A DNA stretch of 64,000 nt. Origin: Yuukianura sp. NJ FZ-2021. Lineage: Eukaryota. Under the pieces are notes generated by a model. It did no database searches. It worked only from the letters and a program-made list of their open reading frames with translations, and was not told the DNA's origin. Both the position numbers and the translations under genes were made by a program. Location: contig CM102289.1 in NCBI GenBank assembly GCA_046563655.1, positions 7,068,001 through 7,132,000 of the forward strand, written 5' to 3'. Shown here in pieces: positions 63,999-64,000 of the stretch; within the stretch, counting starts at the first letter, position 1; every line of letters starts with the position of its first letter.

Positions 63999-64000
63999 AT

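Overview
Eukaryotic, AT-rich, intron-rich arthropod DNA. The short GT-AG introns, divergent PVR/VEGFR-like kinase and divergent 7TM chemoreceptor suggest a basal hexapod such as a springtail, but this is inference only. Left to right the window holds: a single-coding-exon secreted protein resembling bacterial alpha-acetolactate decarboxylase (HGT candidate); a PVR/VEGFR-like receptor tyrosine kinase (-); a GR/OR-superfamily chemoreceptor; an intronless Cys-rich 2-TM orphan; a 783-bp non-autonomous hAT element (18-bp TIRs, 8-bp TSD); a yellow/MRJP gene (-); an SLC16/MCT transporter; a 23.6-kb GATA123 (grain/GATAc-like) gene with a large regulatory desert; a single-WAP secreted peptide (-); two tandem 12-exon GH18+CBM14 chitinases; and, at the right edge and missed by the ORF track, the 3' end of a convergent GH19 (plant/bacterial-type) chitinase. 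The best leads are the ALDC-fold secreted protein and the WAP/GH18/GH18/GH19 cluster with shared promoter motifs. Gene models were built by hand from splice sites and reading frame; no searches were run.
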